Positions 26,066 to 37,920 of a DNA stretch of 64,000 nucleotides are shown piece after piece (within the stretch, counting starts at the first letter, position 1; the number at the start of each line of letters is the position of its first letter). Location: NCBI RefSeq assembly GCF_006345805.1, contig NC_043012.1, forward strand, positions 16,988,001 to 17,052,000, written 5' to 3'. The translations under genes and the position numbers were made by a program. The DNA comes from Octopus sinensis. Its lineage: Eukaryota. A model generated the notes under the pieces. It saw only the letters and a program-made list of their open reading frames with translations, had not been told where the DNA came from and made no database searches.

Positions 26066-26650
26066 TCCTCCTGTGCTTTTGTGTGTTTCTGCGTGTGTGT
26101 GTGTATGTGTACATCTGTCTATGATTGTGTTTGTGTATGCATGTGCTCTTGTATATGTGTACTTGAGCTAGTGTATGGATGTGTGTGTGTATGCATACAC
26201 ATTTTCTTATATTTGTTTGTGCTTGTATCTGTATATGTGTATATGTGTGTATGTATGTGTGTGTATCTGTGTACTGATTACTGTACTTGTCTGAGACTTA
26301 TTTCATTGACCCTAAAAGAACCTCTAGTGAGATTTGAACTCAAAACACGTGTAACTAAAACCTGAAAAGCATTCACTCCAATCTTTTATCAATTCTGCTA
26401 TCCACTGCGAAAGTATCTTAATAGAAAGTAATCCTTTCTACTATAGGTGCAAGGCCTGAAAGTTTGGGGGAGGGGACCAGTCGATTACATTGACCTCCAG
26501 TACTCAACTGGTACTTAATTTATTGACCTCCCACCGAAAAGCTGAAAGGCAAAGTTGACCTCAGCAGAATTTGAACTCAGAACATAAGGATGGACAAAAT
26601 GCCACAAAGCATTTTGCTTGGCAAGCTAGCAATTCTGCCAGCTCACCACC

Positions 26651-26682
<32 letters not shown>

Positions 26683-27456
26683 TAATGATGATGATGATGA
26701 TGATTATTATTATTATTATTTGAAATTTTGCCACTAGGGCAGTTTGAGGGAAGTGGGGATGAGCCAATTATATTGACTCCAGTGTTCAACTGGTACTTAT
26801 TTAATCGACCCCAAAAGGATGAAAGGCAAAGTCAACCTCCGCAGAATTTGAGCTCAGAACATAAAGACGGACAACATGCCGTAAAACATTTTGCCTGGTG
26901 TGCTAACAATTCTGCTAGCATGCCACCTTAATAATAATAATATAATAATAATAATAATAATATAATGATAATAATAATGATAATGTTAATAATTATGAGT
27001 AATAGTCCAGTGCAGTAGATGGATAGAATTTTTAGGCTGTCTGCCCACATCTCTTAGCTTTTTTGCTAATGGCATCTCAAGAAATTAATGAAATTAATGA
27101 ACACCCTCTTTCTCACCTTCACTGTACCTCTACAGTTTTGTAGTTAACAAGTGAGCCAGTATTTTAGGGCTTCACCTTGATTTTGTAGCCAAGTTTCCTT
27201 TAATTTACACCTCAGCATTTTGAGAAAAAAATGTCAATTGATTATGTGTTCCTGAGTTCTTCTCTACACAAAATATTAAGACAAAATAGTTCCAGCTGGA
27301 ATGCCTTTAATTATAGATTAGCTTGATCACGGCTGACATGGTATTAATCAATAACAGCCTATAATCTTATCTCTCTCTCTCTCTCTCTAACGGAAATCCA
27401 AGAAGTCACTGAAAATAAGCTGTGCCACAAAGTCTGGTGAACTTTGTTGGTGATCT

Positions 27457-27592
27457 TATAAAGGGTGTTCAAAAAGTCTCTTGGCAGTGAATTTTTTTCA
27501 TCTTGACTCTCCAAGATGTATTTCAAAACATGCGTAGAAGAGTCAACTTACGTATTGAAAATGAAGGACAACACTTTCAACACCTCTTATAA
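27457..27592 (+). mobile_element. Tc1/mariner-superfamily fragment
   Basis: TA-AAGGGTGTTCAAAAAGTC terminus and C-terminal peptide RRVNLRIENEGQHFQHLL*. Confidence 0.55.
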
Positions 27593-27683
27593 AGTTTTTT
27601 AAAGTCTTGTAAAGTCTAATATATTCTTTTGTAGTCTTCGCATTTATGTGCTTACTCTGGCATTATATATATATATATATATA

Positions 27684-28056
27684 TATACGAAAGAAGGTTT
27701 GAAAATGCAATTTTAAAAGATGTTTATTTAATTTACCGGTTTCACTCTTTGGAAAAAGATTGTCAAAAGTAATATGTAGAAGTTTGGTTGCGTTAATTAT
27801 TGGTTGTTACAAAATGCTACATTACATATATACAGTCTTTGGTAACTTTAAGGAACTTGTTAAACTTTTTTATGTCCTTAACATGTCCTTGTTACCAAAG
27901 ACTGTATATATGTAATGTAGCATTTTGTAACAACCAATAATTAATGCAACCAACTTCTACATGTTGCTTTTGACAATCTTTTTCCAAAGAGTGAAACGGT
28001 AAAGTAAAGTCAATAAACATCTTTTAAAATTGCATTTTCAAACCTTCTTTCGTATA
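27684..28056. repeat. Long fold-back (~163-bp arms, 44-nt spacer), each arm containing a U3-A8 HHR motif (27728-27772 minus; 27964-28007 plus)
   Basis: TATACGAAAGAAGGTTTGAAAATGCAATTT... at the left is the reverse complement of ...AAATTGCATTTTCAAACCTTCTTTCGTATA at the right; arms end at GTCTTTGGTAAC / GTTACCAAAGAC. Same family as 18045-18785. Confidence 0.9.
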
Positions 28057-28095
28057 TAATTCCACTCGTGCGGTACCCTACAACTCCAATTTGTT

Positions 28096-28121
<26 letters not shown>

Positions 28122-28126
<5 letters not shown>

Positions 28127-28276
28127 TGCAGCATGGAAGGTGTTTATAAGCCATTTAAAAACACGGTCTCAAAGCGACGAAAATATTTTGGCAAATTAAA
28201 TTCAAATGTTGAAGTGAATCTAATGGTTTTTGTGTGTTTTTAAATGACTTATAAACACCTTCCACACACCAATTGT
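28122..28276. repeat. Inverted repeat element (~40-bp arms) in (TA)n
   Basis: GGAAGGTGTTTATAAGCCATTTAAAAACAC / GTGTTTTTAAATGACTTATAAACACCTTCC. Confidence 0.8.
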
Positions 28277-28705
28277 TTTTGTTTCAGCACATGATCTCAG
28301 ATTAGATCACTTGCTATGCAAGTACATCTCTCCATATATATGTGTGTGTGTGTGTGTATGTGGTGTCTTTGTGTTTGTGACTTCCACTCCACTGCTTGAC
28401 AACTGGTGTTGGTTTGTTTACATCCAAGATTGACAAGCATGAGCAAGTGAATAAAGTACCAGACTTGAAATATAAGTCCCGGTTTCAATTTCTTTGACTA
28501 AGCTCTTTGAGGTGGTGTCCCAGCATGCACCTCAGCCAGGACTGTTTCACTAGTCCCAGAGGACCTGCAGTGACCATTTTGCATGGCCTTTTTCATGTGA
28601 TTAAATCGTAAAAATTTAGGGAAGCCACGAAAGTCACAAGATCTTGTTTCCTTTTGCTCTACACTCTCCCTCTCTGTTTCTCTGTGTGTGTGTGTTTGTT
28701 TGTGT

Positions 28706-28748
<43 letters not shown>

Positions 28749-28917
28749 CATGCATGTATATAAGTTTTGCTTTGCTTCTTTTGTTATGACAATCTATCAA
28801 AGGTAATAATGGTGCTGATCAAAGACATTCATCCTTGTCTGCCTCCAGCACATTGTTTCTCTTGGGAGCAGACATGGTTGTCAGCACTGATATGAGGCAA
28901 AGCCTATGCCACTGAGT

Positions 28918-28967
<50 letters not shown>

Positions 28968-29037
28968 CACACACACACACACACACACGTATACAAGTAT
29001 GTGTGTATGTTTGTGCATGTGTGTGTATGTATATATA

Positions 29038-29079
<42 letters not shown>

Positions 29080-29191
29080 TTGTATATATATATATATATG
29101 TTATATATATATATATGTATATATTATATATGTATATATATATATATATGTATATAATATATATATATAATGTATATATATATATAATATG

Positions 29192-29226
<35 letters not shown>

Positions 29227-29291
29227 GTATAATATATATATATATAATATATTATATATGTATATATATATATATGTATATTATATATATG

Positions 29292-29325
<34 letters not shown>

Positions 29326-29367
29326 ATTATATATGTATTATATATATATAAAATTTATATATAGTAG

Positions 29368-29401
<34 letters not shown>

Positions 29402-29489
29402 ATATATATATATATATTAATATATATTATATAATATGTATATATATATATATATATTATATGTATATATAATATATATATATATATAG

Positions 29490-29521
<32 letters not shown>

Positions 29522-29558
29522 ATATGTATGTATATATATAATATATATAGATATATAT

Positions 29559-29591
<33 letters not shown>

Positions 29592-29652
29592 GTAATATAT
29601 ATATATATATATTATATTATATATATATATTGTATATATATATATATATCTA

Positions 29653-29710
<58 letters not shown>

Positions 29711-30064
29711 CTATATATGTATATATACTATATATATAAAATATTTATATAATATATATAATATATAATATATATATGTAATATATATATATATTATATA
29801 TTATAGATTATATATATATATATATAATATATGTAATATATATATATATAATATATATATATATTATATATATTATATGTAATAATAATATATATATATA
29901 GTATATATATATATATATATATATCTATGTATACATATATATATATATATATACATATGTAGCATGCATGTATGTATGTTATATATATATGTGTGTTTGT
30001 CTATGTATATATATGTATATGTATGTATATATATGTATATGTATATGTGTATATGTATGTATAT

Positions 30065-30700
30065 GCCTGTCCAACAGTGATTGCATCATCCATACTCTCA
30101 ACAACGCGCCCTTAAATATGGTTTCTGATTATAAATATCTTGGGTCATACATATCATCATCTGGAAAAGACTTTCTAACTAGAAAGGGTATGGCCTGGTC
30201 AGCCTGTAATGACATGCATAAGATCTGGTCATCAAATCTAAGTAGAGACTTCAAACTTGAAATATTCAAAGCCACAGTCGAACCAATTCTACTATATGGC
30301 TCAGAAACCTGGACGTTATCAAAGAAGCTTGAGATGCGGTTGGATGGAACCTACACTCGCCTCCTTATGAGAGCTCAAAATCTCTCGTGGAAGCGCCATC
30401 CAACCAAAATGCAAATATATGGGAAACTACCACCTGTGTCATCTCTTGTGAAAGGTAGGAGAGTCCAGTTTGCTGGACATTGTTGTAGAGCTGAAAAAGA
30501 AGTAATTTCTACTCTTCTCCTCTGGAAGCCATCTACTCACAATACCAGAGGGCGCACACTCTCCTACCCTGATGTAATCTCCAGGGATACAGACATCCAG
30601 CAACAGGACCTCCGTAATGCCATGATGGACCGTGAAGTCTGGCGTAGCATGGTAAATTCCATTGTCTCGACCACGGTCGAACAATGATGATGATGATGAT
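30065..30700 (+). mobile_element. 5'-truncated RTE-clade LINE (RT C-terminus and thumb), uninterrupted ORF
   Basis: YKYLGS..., KLEIFKATVEPILLYGSETWTL, QFAGHC.R, DREVWR; the stop codon runs into a (TGA)n tail; inserted in a TA/TATG microsatellite. Confidence 0.9.
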
Positions 30701-31844
30701 ATGTATGTATATATATGTATGTATGTATATATATATATATGTGTGTGTGTGTATGTATGTGTGTATGTATATATATGTGTATGTATGTGTATGTATGTGT
30801 GTATGTATATGTATGTATGTATGTGTATGTATATATATGTGTGTGTGTGCATGTATATATATGTGTGCGTGTGTGTGTACATGTAGAGGTTCAAAAATAG
30901 TTTACAGTTTTTAATATCAGATAAACAACGCAAGCACTAAAGGAATGACCAGGTTATGGCCATTACCGTGGCGTTATTAAGTTACAATATGGATGGATAG
31001 CATGCTTATAACAATTAAATGCAGAAAATACCGGTGTTTAGGTTTTCATATGGCTATTAAGTACAATCTATTAAATACTCAGATTACTAGTCTTTAGTAG
31101 CTCTACGTTCCTAAGTCTTCTTTCTTTTCTCAAGCACACTTTGGCAGAGTGTCATTAATTTCTTGGCATGGTTCTCTTATGAATGGAATCATGTCATCGA
31201 CAGAGCATGGTTTTCTTGAAAATAATTTATCTTTGAAAATGCTCTAAAAGAAGAACTTCATAGGTGGTGAAGTGCAGGGATTGTGGAGGTCTTTCAACTG
31301 GCCCCACCCCCGCTCCATTGACTGGTCCACCTACAGGGCAATGTTTTTTTTCAAGAAACTCTTCCGCTGTTACAGGGTATTTCGGAAGAGCCTCCGTCTT
31401 GTCGACTGAGAAATGTTCATTTTACTTAAATTTGTACCCCTTATATATGTGTGTGTGTGTGGTGGTGGTGGGGGGGGACTTGCATGTATGTGTGTATATA
31501 TGTGCATTTGTCTGTCTATATGTGTGTATATTAAGGCAGTAAGCTGGCAGAAACGTTAGCATGCCATGCAAAATGTTTAGCGATATTTCATATTCCGAGT
31601 TCAAATGTTCAAATGTTCCGAGTTCAAATTCCGGCAAGGTTGACTTTGCCTTTCATCCTTTCAGGGTTGATAAATTAAGTACCAGTTGTGTACTGGGGTT
31701 GATCTGATCGACTGGCCTCCTCTCCAAATATTTCAGGCCTTGTGCCTAGTGTAGAAAAGTATATGTGTGTTTGTGGTGTGTGTTTTTGTGTGTATTTATG
31801 TGTGTGTATGTGTGCATATATATATGTATATGTATGTGTATATA

Positions 31845-32320
31845 GTGAAATTGTTGTCGTGGCTGATGCTGGTGTCACATAACTGGCACCCATGCCCGTG
31901 GCACATATAAAGTGTTGCATCTCATGGAGGCAAGGTGGCCGATGCCGGTGGTACGTGAGAAACACCTTTTGAGTGTTGGGCCTCACGGAGGCAATGACAA
32001 ATGACCGAGACCTTTGGCATTATGCTGTGTTTGAGAAGAAAACCCATCAAATGCCAAGTAAAATTGCAGACATGGCAGATACTGGTTCCATGCAGCAAAT
32101 GGCACCAATGCCAGTGGCACATATAAGCACCCATTACACTCATGGAATGGTTGGTGTTATGAAGGGCATCAAGCTGTAGAGACCATTGCAAATCAGACTA
32201 GAGTCTGGTGCAGCCTTCCAGCTTACCAGCCCTAGTCAAACTGTCCAACCCATGTCAACATGGACAACGGACGTTAAATGATGACAATGATGATGACGAC
32301 GACGACGATGATGATGATGA
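31845..32320 (+). mobile_element. (GAT)n-tailed repeat family, RTE-LINE 3' end derived; representative copy
   Basis: Contains the ORF end LGLTEAMTNDRDLWHYAVFEK, then the GGCATC.AGCTGTAGA...GTCCAACCCATG block and (GAT)n. Other copies near 245-655+, 1760-2085+, 13760-13990-, 14085-14280+, 15420-15680-, 17070-17365-, 32893-33400-, 48210-48372+, 50145-50457+, 51005-51175-. Confidence 0.8.
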
Positions 32321-32781
32321 TACGTGTGTGCATATATTTATGTATATGTGTATGTATTGTATACAAATGTATGTGAATGTATGTGCATGCATGTTTGTAT
32401 GTATGTATGTATGGATGGATGGATGTATGTATGAAATCATTTGAAGTTGATTAATTCTGTCACTTCTTGGAGTTCCTCAATTTCTTGCTTTCAATGAACA
32501 GAATATGAATCAACTGGTCAGGGAGCCAAGACCAGAGGTCATTGTCTTTATTATTATTATTATCATTATTACTACGAAGTTGGCAAGCTGGCAAAGTTGT
32601 TAGCAGCATTTTGTCCGTCTTTACGTTCTGAGTTCATATTATGCTGAGGTCAGTTTTGCCTTTCATCCTTTCGGGGTTGATTAAATAAGTACCAGTAATG
32701 CACTGGGGTCAATGTAATTGACTTGTGCCCTCCCCCAAATTTCAGGCCTTGTGCCTATAGCAGAAAGGATTATTGTTATTA

Positions 32782-32830
<49 letters not shown>

Positions 32831-33403
32831 ATAAATAACAATAATGATAATGTAAGTGGCCAGCAATCATCAGTTTCAATAAAAGAGCAAATCCATCATC
32901 ATCATCATTGTTTAACATCCGTTTTCCATGCTGGCATGGGTTGGACAGCTTGACTGGGGTCTGGGAAGCCAAGAAGCTGCACCAGGCTCCAGTCTGATCT
33001 GGCAGTGTTTCTACAGCTGGATGCCCTTCCTAACATGAACCACTCCGAGAGCGTAGTGGGTGCTTTTTATGTGCCACCGGCCTGGCAACAACCACGATTG
33101 GTTGGTGCTTTTTACATGCCACTAGCACGGAAGCCAGTCAAGCTGGCATCGACCACATTCAGACAGTGCTTTTTACGTGCCACCAGCACAGGCATCACAA
33201 CTACAATTTCCATTTGATTTTGATGTACTTGACTCAGTAGCTCTCCTCAAGCATGGCATGTTGCCCTACAATCCAAGGTACTTCTGAGTTGGCTGGTTAT
33301 GCGACACTGGTGTAGGTTACAGCTGTGGACTCACTTTATTTGCCAGGTCTTCTCAGTCACAGCATGTCTCCAGAGGTTTTGGTCTTTTGTCATTGCCTAG
33401 ATT

Positions 33404-33838
33404 TTATAATTAATCAATTATTATAATTGAGGATACATGAGGCACTAGCATTGCTCTAAAAATACTCTAATAAGCCACCATTTCACTGAAAGTACAACAG
33501 GCCAATGAAAATCAAGGGAGGAGCAAAGAAATCAACTTACCATTGCGGCTGATAGTTGAAGATGAGGTTAGCGATATTCTTGTAACATGTGATTTTGAAC
33601 TTTGCAGATGAGAAGAGAATCATCTCAAAGTTCGGAATCACATGATAGAGGAATATCTGTAACGTCATTTGCGTCTATCAACTGCAATGTTAATTTAATT
33701 TCTTTGGTTGTCCCTCAATTTTCGTTGGCCTGTTATACTGTCAGTGAAATGGTGGTTTATTAGAGTATGCTTCAACTCTTATTTATAGCAGTTTTAATGC
33801 CTCATGTACACTCAGTTATAATAATTAATTAATTATAA
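33404..33838. repeat. Diverged long fold-back (~210-bp arms)
   Basis: Centre CATGTGATTTTGAACTTTG-C-AGATGA-GAAGAGAA-TCATCT-CAAAGTTCGGAATCACATG; outer blocks CCACCATTTCACTGA / TCAGTGAAATGGTGG and CATGAGGCA / TGCCTCATG are complementary. Confidence 0.9.
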
Positions 33839-33847
33839 CATTTATAT

Positions 33848-33967
33848 ATAAAATGAGACAAGGCCAAGGCTGTGTGGAGTTTTTTGGACATTTATAAAGA
33901 GAAAGTTAGTCTCTTTTTAAATGTTCTAAAAATTCCACACAGACTTGGCTTTGTTACCTCATTTTAT
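33848..33967. repeat. Second adjacent hairpin (~52-bp imperfect arms)
   Basis: ATAAAATGAG..CTGTGTGGA..ACATTTA pairs with TAAATGT..TCCACACAG..CTCATTTTAT. Confidence 0.8.
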
Positions 33968-35426
33968 TTAACAGATACATGCTCACACAAGACCCCCATT
34001 AGACTCCTCACTCGTATTATTATCGAACCGAGAGTTTAACTACGGTTCTTCGAAAGCACTTGCATAGACTTACCTGCCACCTTGGGTTTTCTGGATACCA
34101 ATACCTCTCATATATATATATATATACTTTATTGAAAAGCAGCAGAAATATCACAAAAACTGTTACTCAGAGTTTCAATAAAGCATATTACTCTACCTCT
34201 GGTATTTGAGTACTCTTTTTTTCCATCTTGTTTCACATCTATGTGCTTACTCCAGTGTATATATAAGACAGGCTTCTTTCAGTTTCCATCTACCAAATCC
34301 ACTCACAAGGCTTCGTTAGCTTGAGGCTATAGTGAAAGACACTTGGCCAAAGTGCCACTCAGCAGGACTGAACCTAGAACCATGTGGTTGGGAAGCAAGC
34401 TTCTTACCACGCAGTCTCGCCTGCACCTATACACATATATGATAAGTTTCGTTTAGTTTCTATCTACCAAGTCCATGAATATGGCTTCGGTTGGCCTATA
34501 CCTGCTATCTTTACTTGATTCTATCATTAAACTGTGGCCATGCTGTAGCACTGCCTTGAAGGGTTTTAGTTGAACACATTGACCCCAGGACTTAGTTTGT
34601 TCTTTTTAGCCTAGTAGTTATTTTATTGGTCTCTTTTGCCAAACTGCTAAGTTACAGGGATGTATACACAATAACAGCGGTTGTCAAGCAGTGGTGGCAG
34701 ACAAACACAGACACACACACACGTAATGGGCTTCTTTCAGTTTCTGCCTACCAAATCCGCTCACAAGGCTTTGATCGGCCCAAGGTTATGAAAGAAGACA
34801 CTTGCCCAAGGTGCCATGGAATAGGACTGAACCCAGAACCATGTGGTTGGGAAGCAAGCTTCTTACCACACAGCCATGCTTGTACTATAGTAGAAGACAC
34901 TCATCCAAGTTGCCATGCAGTGGGACTGAACCTGGAACCAAATCATTTGGAAGTAAGCTTCTTAACCACATAGCTGCCTGCACCTTCTATATATATATAT
35001 ATATGTTACATTATGTAAAAAACAGAAAATGGTCGAATGTAATGAAAAATGTGTGATGGACAACATATATCTAAAAAATATGATAAAAACCAACCAGGAA
35101 ACGAGGAGAAAAAACTTGATAGAAAAGACGTAGAGAAGCAGAAGATCAACAGAACAACAGCTATAAAGTTATTATAAAGATATGAAAATGTCTGTTCTGT
35201 GATTCTGTGGATTGAACCATTTTTATTCCTCTAACTTTGCTTTTTACCACTATATATGTACGTACACACACGCATGCACACACACACATACATGTACACA
35301 CACACACACTCTGAAAGTAAGCAAGGATACATACATATATATACACACATACACACACACACATATATACATACATATATATATATACACACATACACAC
35401 ACACACATATATATGTATATATACAC

Positions 35427-35480
<54 letters not shown>

Positions 35481-35649
35481 TCAAACATACACACAGAAAT
35501 ATATATATTATATGTACACACACACATGCACACACATATGTACTCGCATATATACATGCATATATATATATATTAATATAATATACACACAGATATACAT
35601 ACATATATGTAATATATATATACACATACACACACACATATATATATAT

Positions 35650-35687
<38 letters not shown>

Positions 35688-36084
35688 GTATATGCACATA
35701 TACATATATATATGTACACAAACACAGACACACACACACAATCTTTGAGCTGCAGGCAAGAAGCTCTGCATAAATGCTACGTCCTCCCCCCTGTCTCCCA
35801 CCACTTCCTACATTATAAACTCCCTCCTCTCCCTCCTCCTCACCTCCCGCTTCTCCTCACTGCTATCTGTTGCTCATCAATACAACTGTCTTCTTTATTC
35901 CACTGTATTTACTTTAGCTAAATTTAGCTCCAGTCCAGCCAAGTCTCCATCTTAGCATCCATCGTCACTTATGTCTTCTTCTTGTCTGCTTTACTGTCTT
36001 ATGTCTTCCACCTTCTGTTTTTGCTCCTTCCATCTAGATATTCCACCCCACCCCCCAGCCTCTCTCTCTCTTTCTCTCTATTAA

Positions 36085-36117
<33 letters not shown>

Positions 36118-36339
36118 ACTCTCTCCCTTTTTGTGTGTACTTTTCGTTTATTCTGCTGCCTATCTATTTCTGGTTTACAGCTGCCTTCTTTCTCTCTGTT
36201 TCTCTCTCTCTTTCTTTCTTTATCTCTCTCCCTATCTCTCTCTCTCTCTCTCTCTCGCTCTCTTATTGTCTTCTGTCTTCTAATGTCTCTTTCTCTCTTT
36301 TTCTATGCTATCATCTATGTCATTTATGCACTTCTATCA

Positions 36340-36725
36340 TCATCATAATCACCACCACCACCATCACACCATCACACTACCACCATCACACCACCAACCA
36401 CCACCACCACCACCACATCATCATCTCCTCCACTACCACCACGACCAACACCACCACCACCATCACCACCACCACCACCACCCACCACCACCATCACCAT
36501 CACCACCATCACCACCACCACCACCATCACCACCACAACCAGCACCACCATCACCACCACCATCACCACCACCATCACACCATCACCACCACCACTACCA
36601 CCACCACCACCACCACCCACCACCACCACCCACCATCACTACCAACACTGTCATTGTCATAATCATAATTAACACCACCGCCACCACCGTCACCACCACC
36701 ACCATCACCACCTCCACCACCACCA
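36340..36725. repeat. (CAC/CAT)n trinucleotide tract preceded by a (CT)-rich tract
   Basis: Direct reading; produces poly-H/P/T pseudo-ORFs. Confidence 0.95.
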
Positions 36726-37589
36726 CAACTATTTTCCTTTATTTTTTTATAAAAAAATTTTTTTGTTTCTGTCTTTTTTTTTTTTTCTTCTCTATTAGCA
36801 ATGTTGGTTAGTATGTGGTGGTATGGAAATTAACTTTGTCCGAATGCCGCCATGAAAGACATGTTTCTGTTTGGCAGCCGTTGGAGCAGCTTCATCAGTC
36901 GTTCTGCTCGTTTCCTTGCTTCGGCAAACGTAACATGATTTTAGCAGAAAACCTACTCCATCTTATTAATTATTTTCTGATAGTCATTGAAGTCCGTTTG
37001 TTTAAAAGGTTTCTTCCCACTGGCAAAAGTGATACCTGACATGGCGAGTTGTCTTGCCAACCTAATATCTGAAACTTGTAAAGAAGCCAGCAGTTTGTGT
37101 TTATCTGATGTTGGCAGACAGATGGAGAGATTGATAGGGGCAGATAGGCAGATAGATAAATTGATATATTGGTAGATAAATGAAATGTTCGCGAGATAGA
37201 TGGGGAGATGGCAGTTAGATACGTTAATAGATAGAGCCATAGATAGACATAGATAGCCATAGATAGACATAGATAGACAGAAAGATAGACATGTAGAAAA
37301 TTAGAGAGGATTATAAATAGCTTGATGGACTGAGAGAGAAAAAGAGAGGTTATATAAAGGCAGTTGCTAGACTAATGGTTAACGAGATAGATATATAATA
37401 TTCCTATTTATAATGGGTGCAGCTGTAGCTGTGTGGTTTAGAAGTTCATTTTGTAACCTTGTGGTTCTAGGTTCAATCCCACTGCATAACACCTCATATG
37501 ATGTCTTTCATCATAGTCTTAAGCTGGCATGATACCTTGTGAGTGGAATTTGGTCTACAGAAAATTCATTTACATTGTTTACAATTGAC

Positions 37590-37857
37590 GAGCATATGGC
37601 ATAGTGGTTAAGAGCGTGGGCTACTAACCTCAAGATTCTGAGTTCGATTCCAGGCAGTGACCTGAATAATAATAATAATAATAATGATAATAATAATGAT
37701 GATGATAACTTTGAAAAATACCTTCGGAAAGAGAATCCAGGTTCAAAATTTCTCCAAGACACCTGATGAAGGCTAGAAGGTATATCAGTCAAAACATTGT
37801 GGTAACAACAAACAAGATGAGGACAGATATCCGTCAAATGTAAATAATGTAAATAAT
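37590..37857 (+). mobile_element. tRNA-headed SINE with (TAA)n middle and a decayed minimal HHR motif near the 3' end
   Basis: A box TGGCATAGTGG, B box GTTCGATTCC; ACAC-CTGATGA-AGGCTA..CAGTC-AAAA-CATT-GTG at 37759-37801; tail (TGTAAATAA)n. Further copies at 4308-4536 (+) and, head only, 22485-22565 (-). Confidence 0.7.
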
Positions 37858-37866
37858 TCATTATAT

Positions 37867-37920
<54 letters not shown>

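Noticed and set aside
31355-31410. Hammerhead-like GGA-GGCTCT-TCC-GAAA on the minus strand
   Set aside because: The 5' core is not CUGANGA and stems I/III do not pair.
35982-36811. His/Pro/Thr-rich ORFs of 168-226 aa; likewise the Pro/Gly-rich ORFs at 22656-23190
   Set aside because: They arise from (CT)n and (CAC)n tracts, with no splice-supported exon structure.
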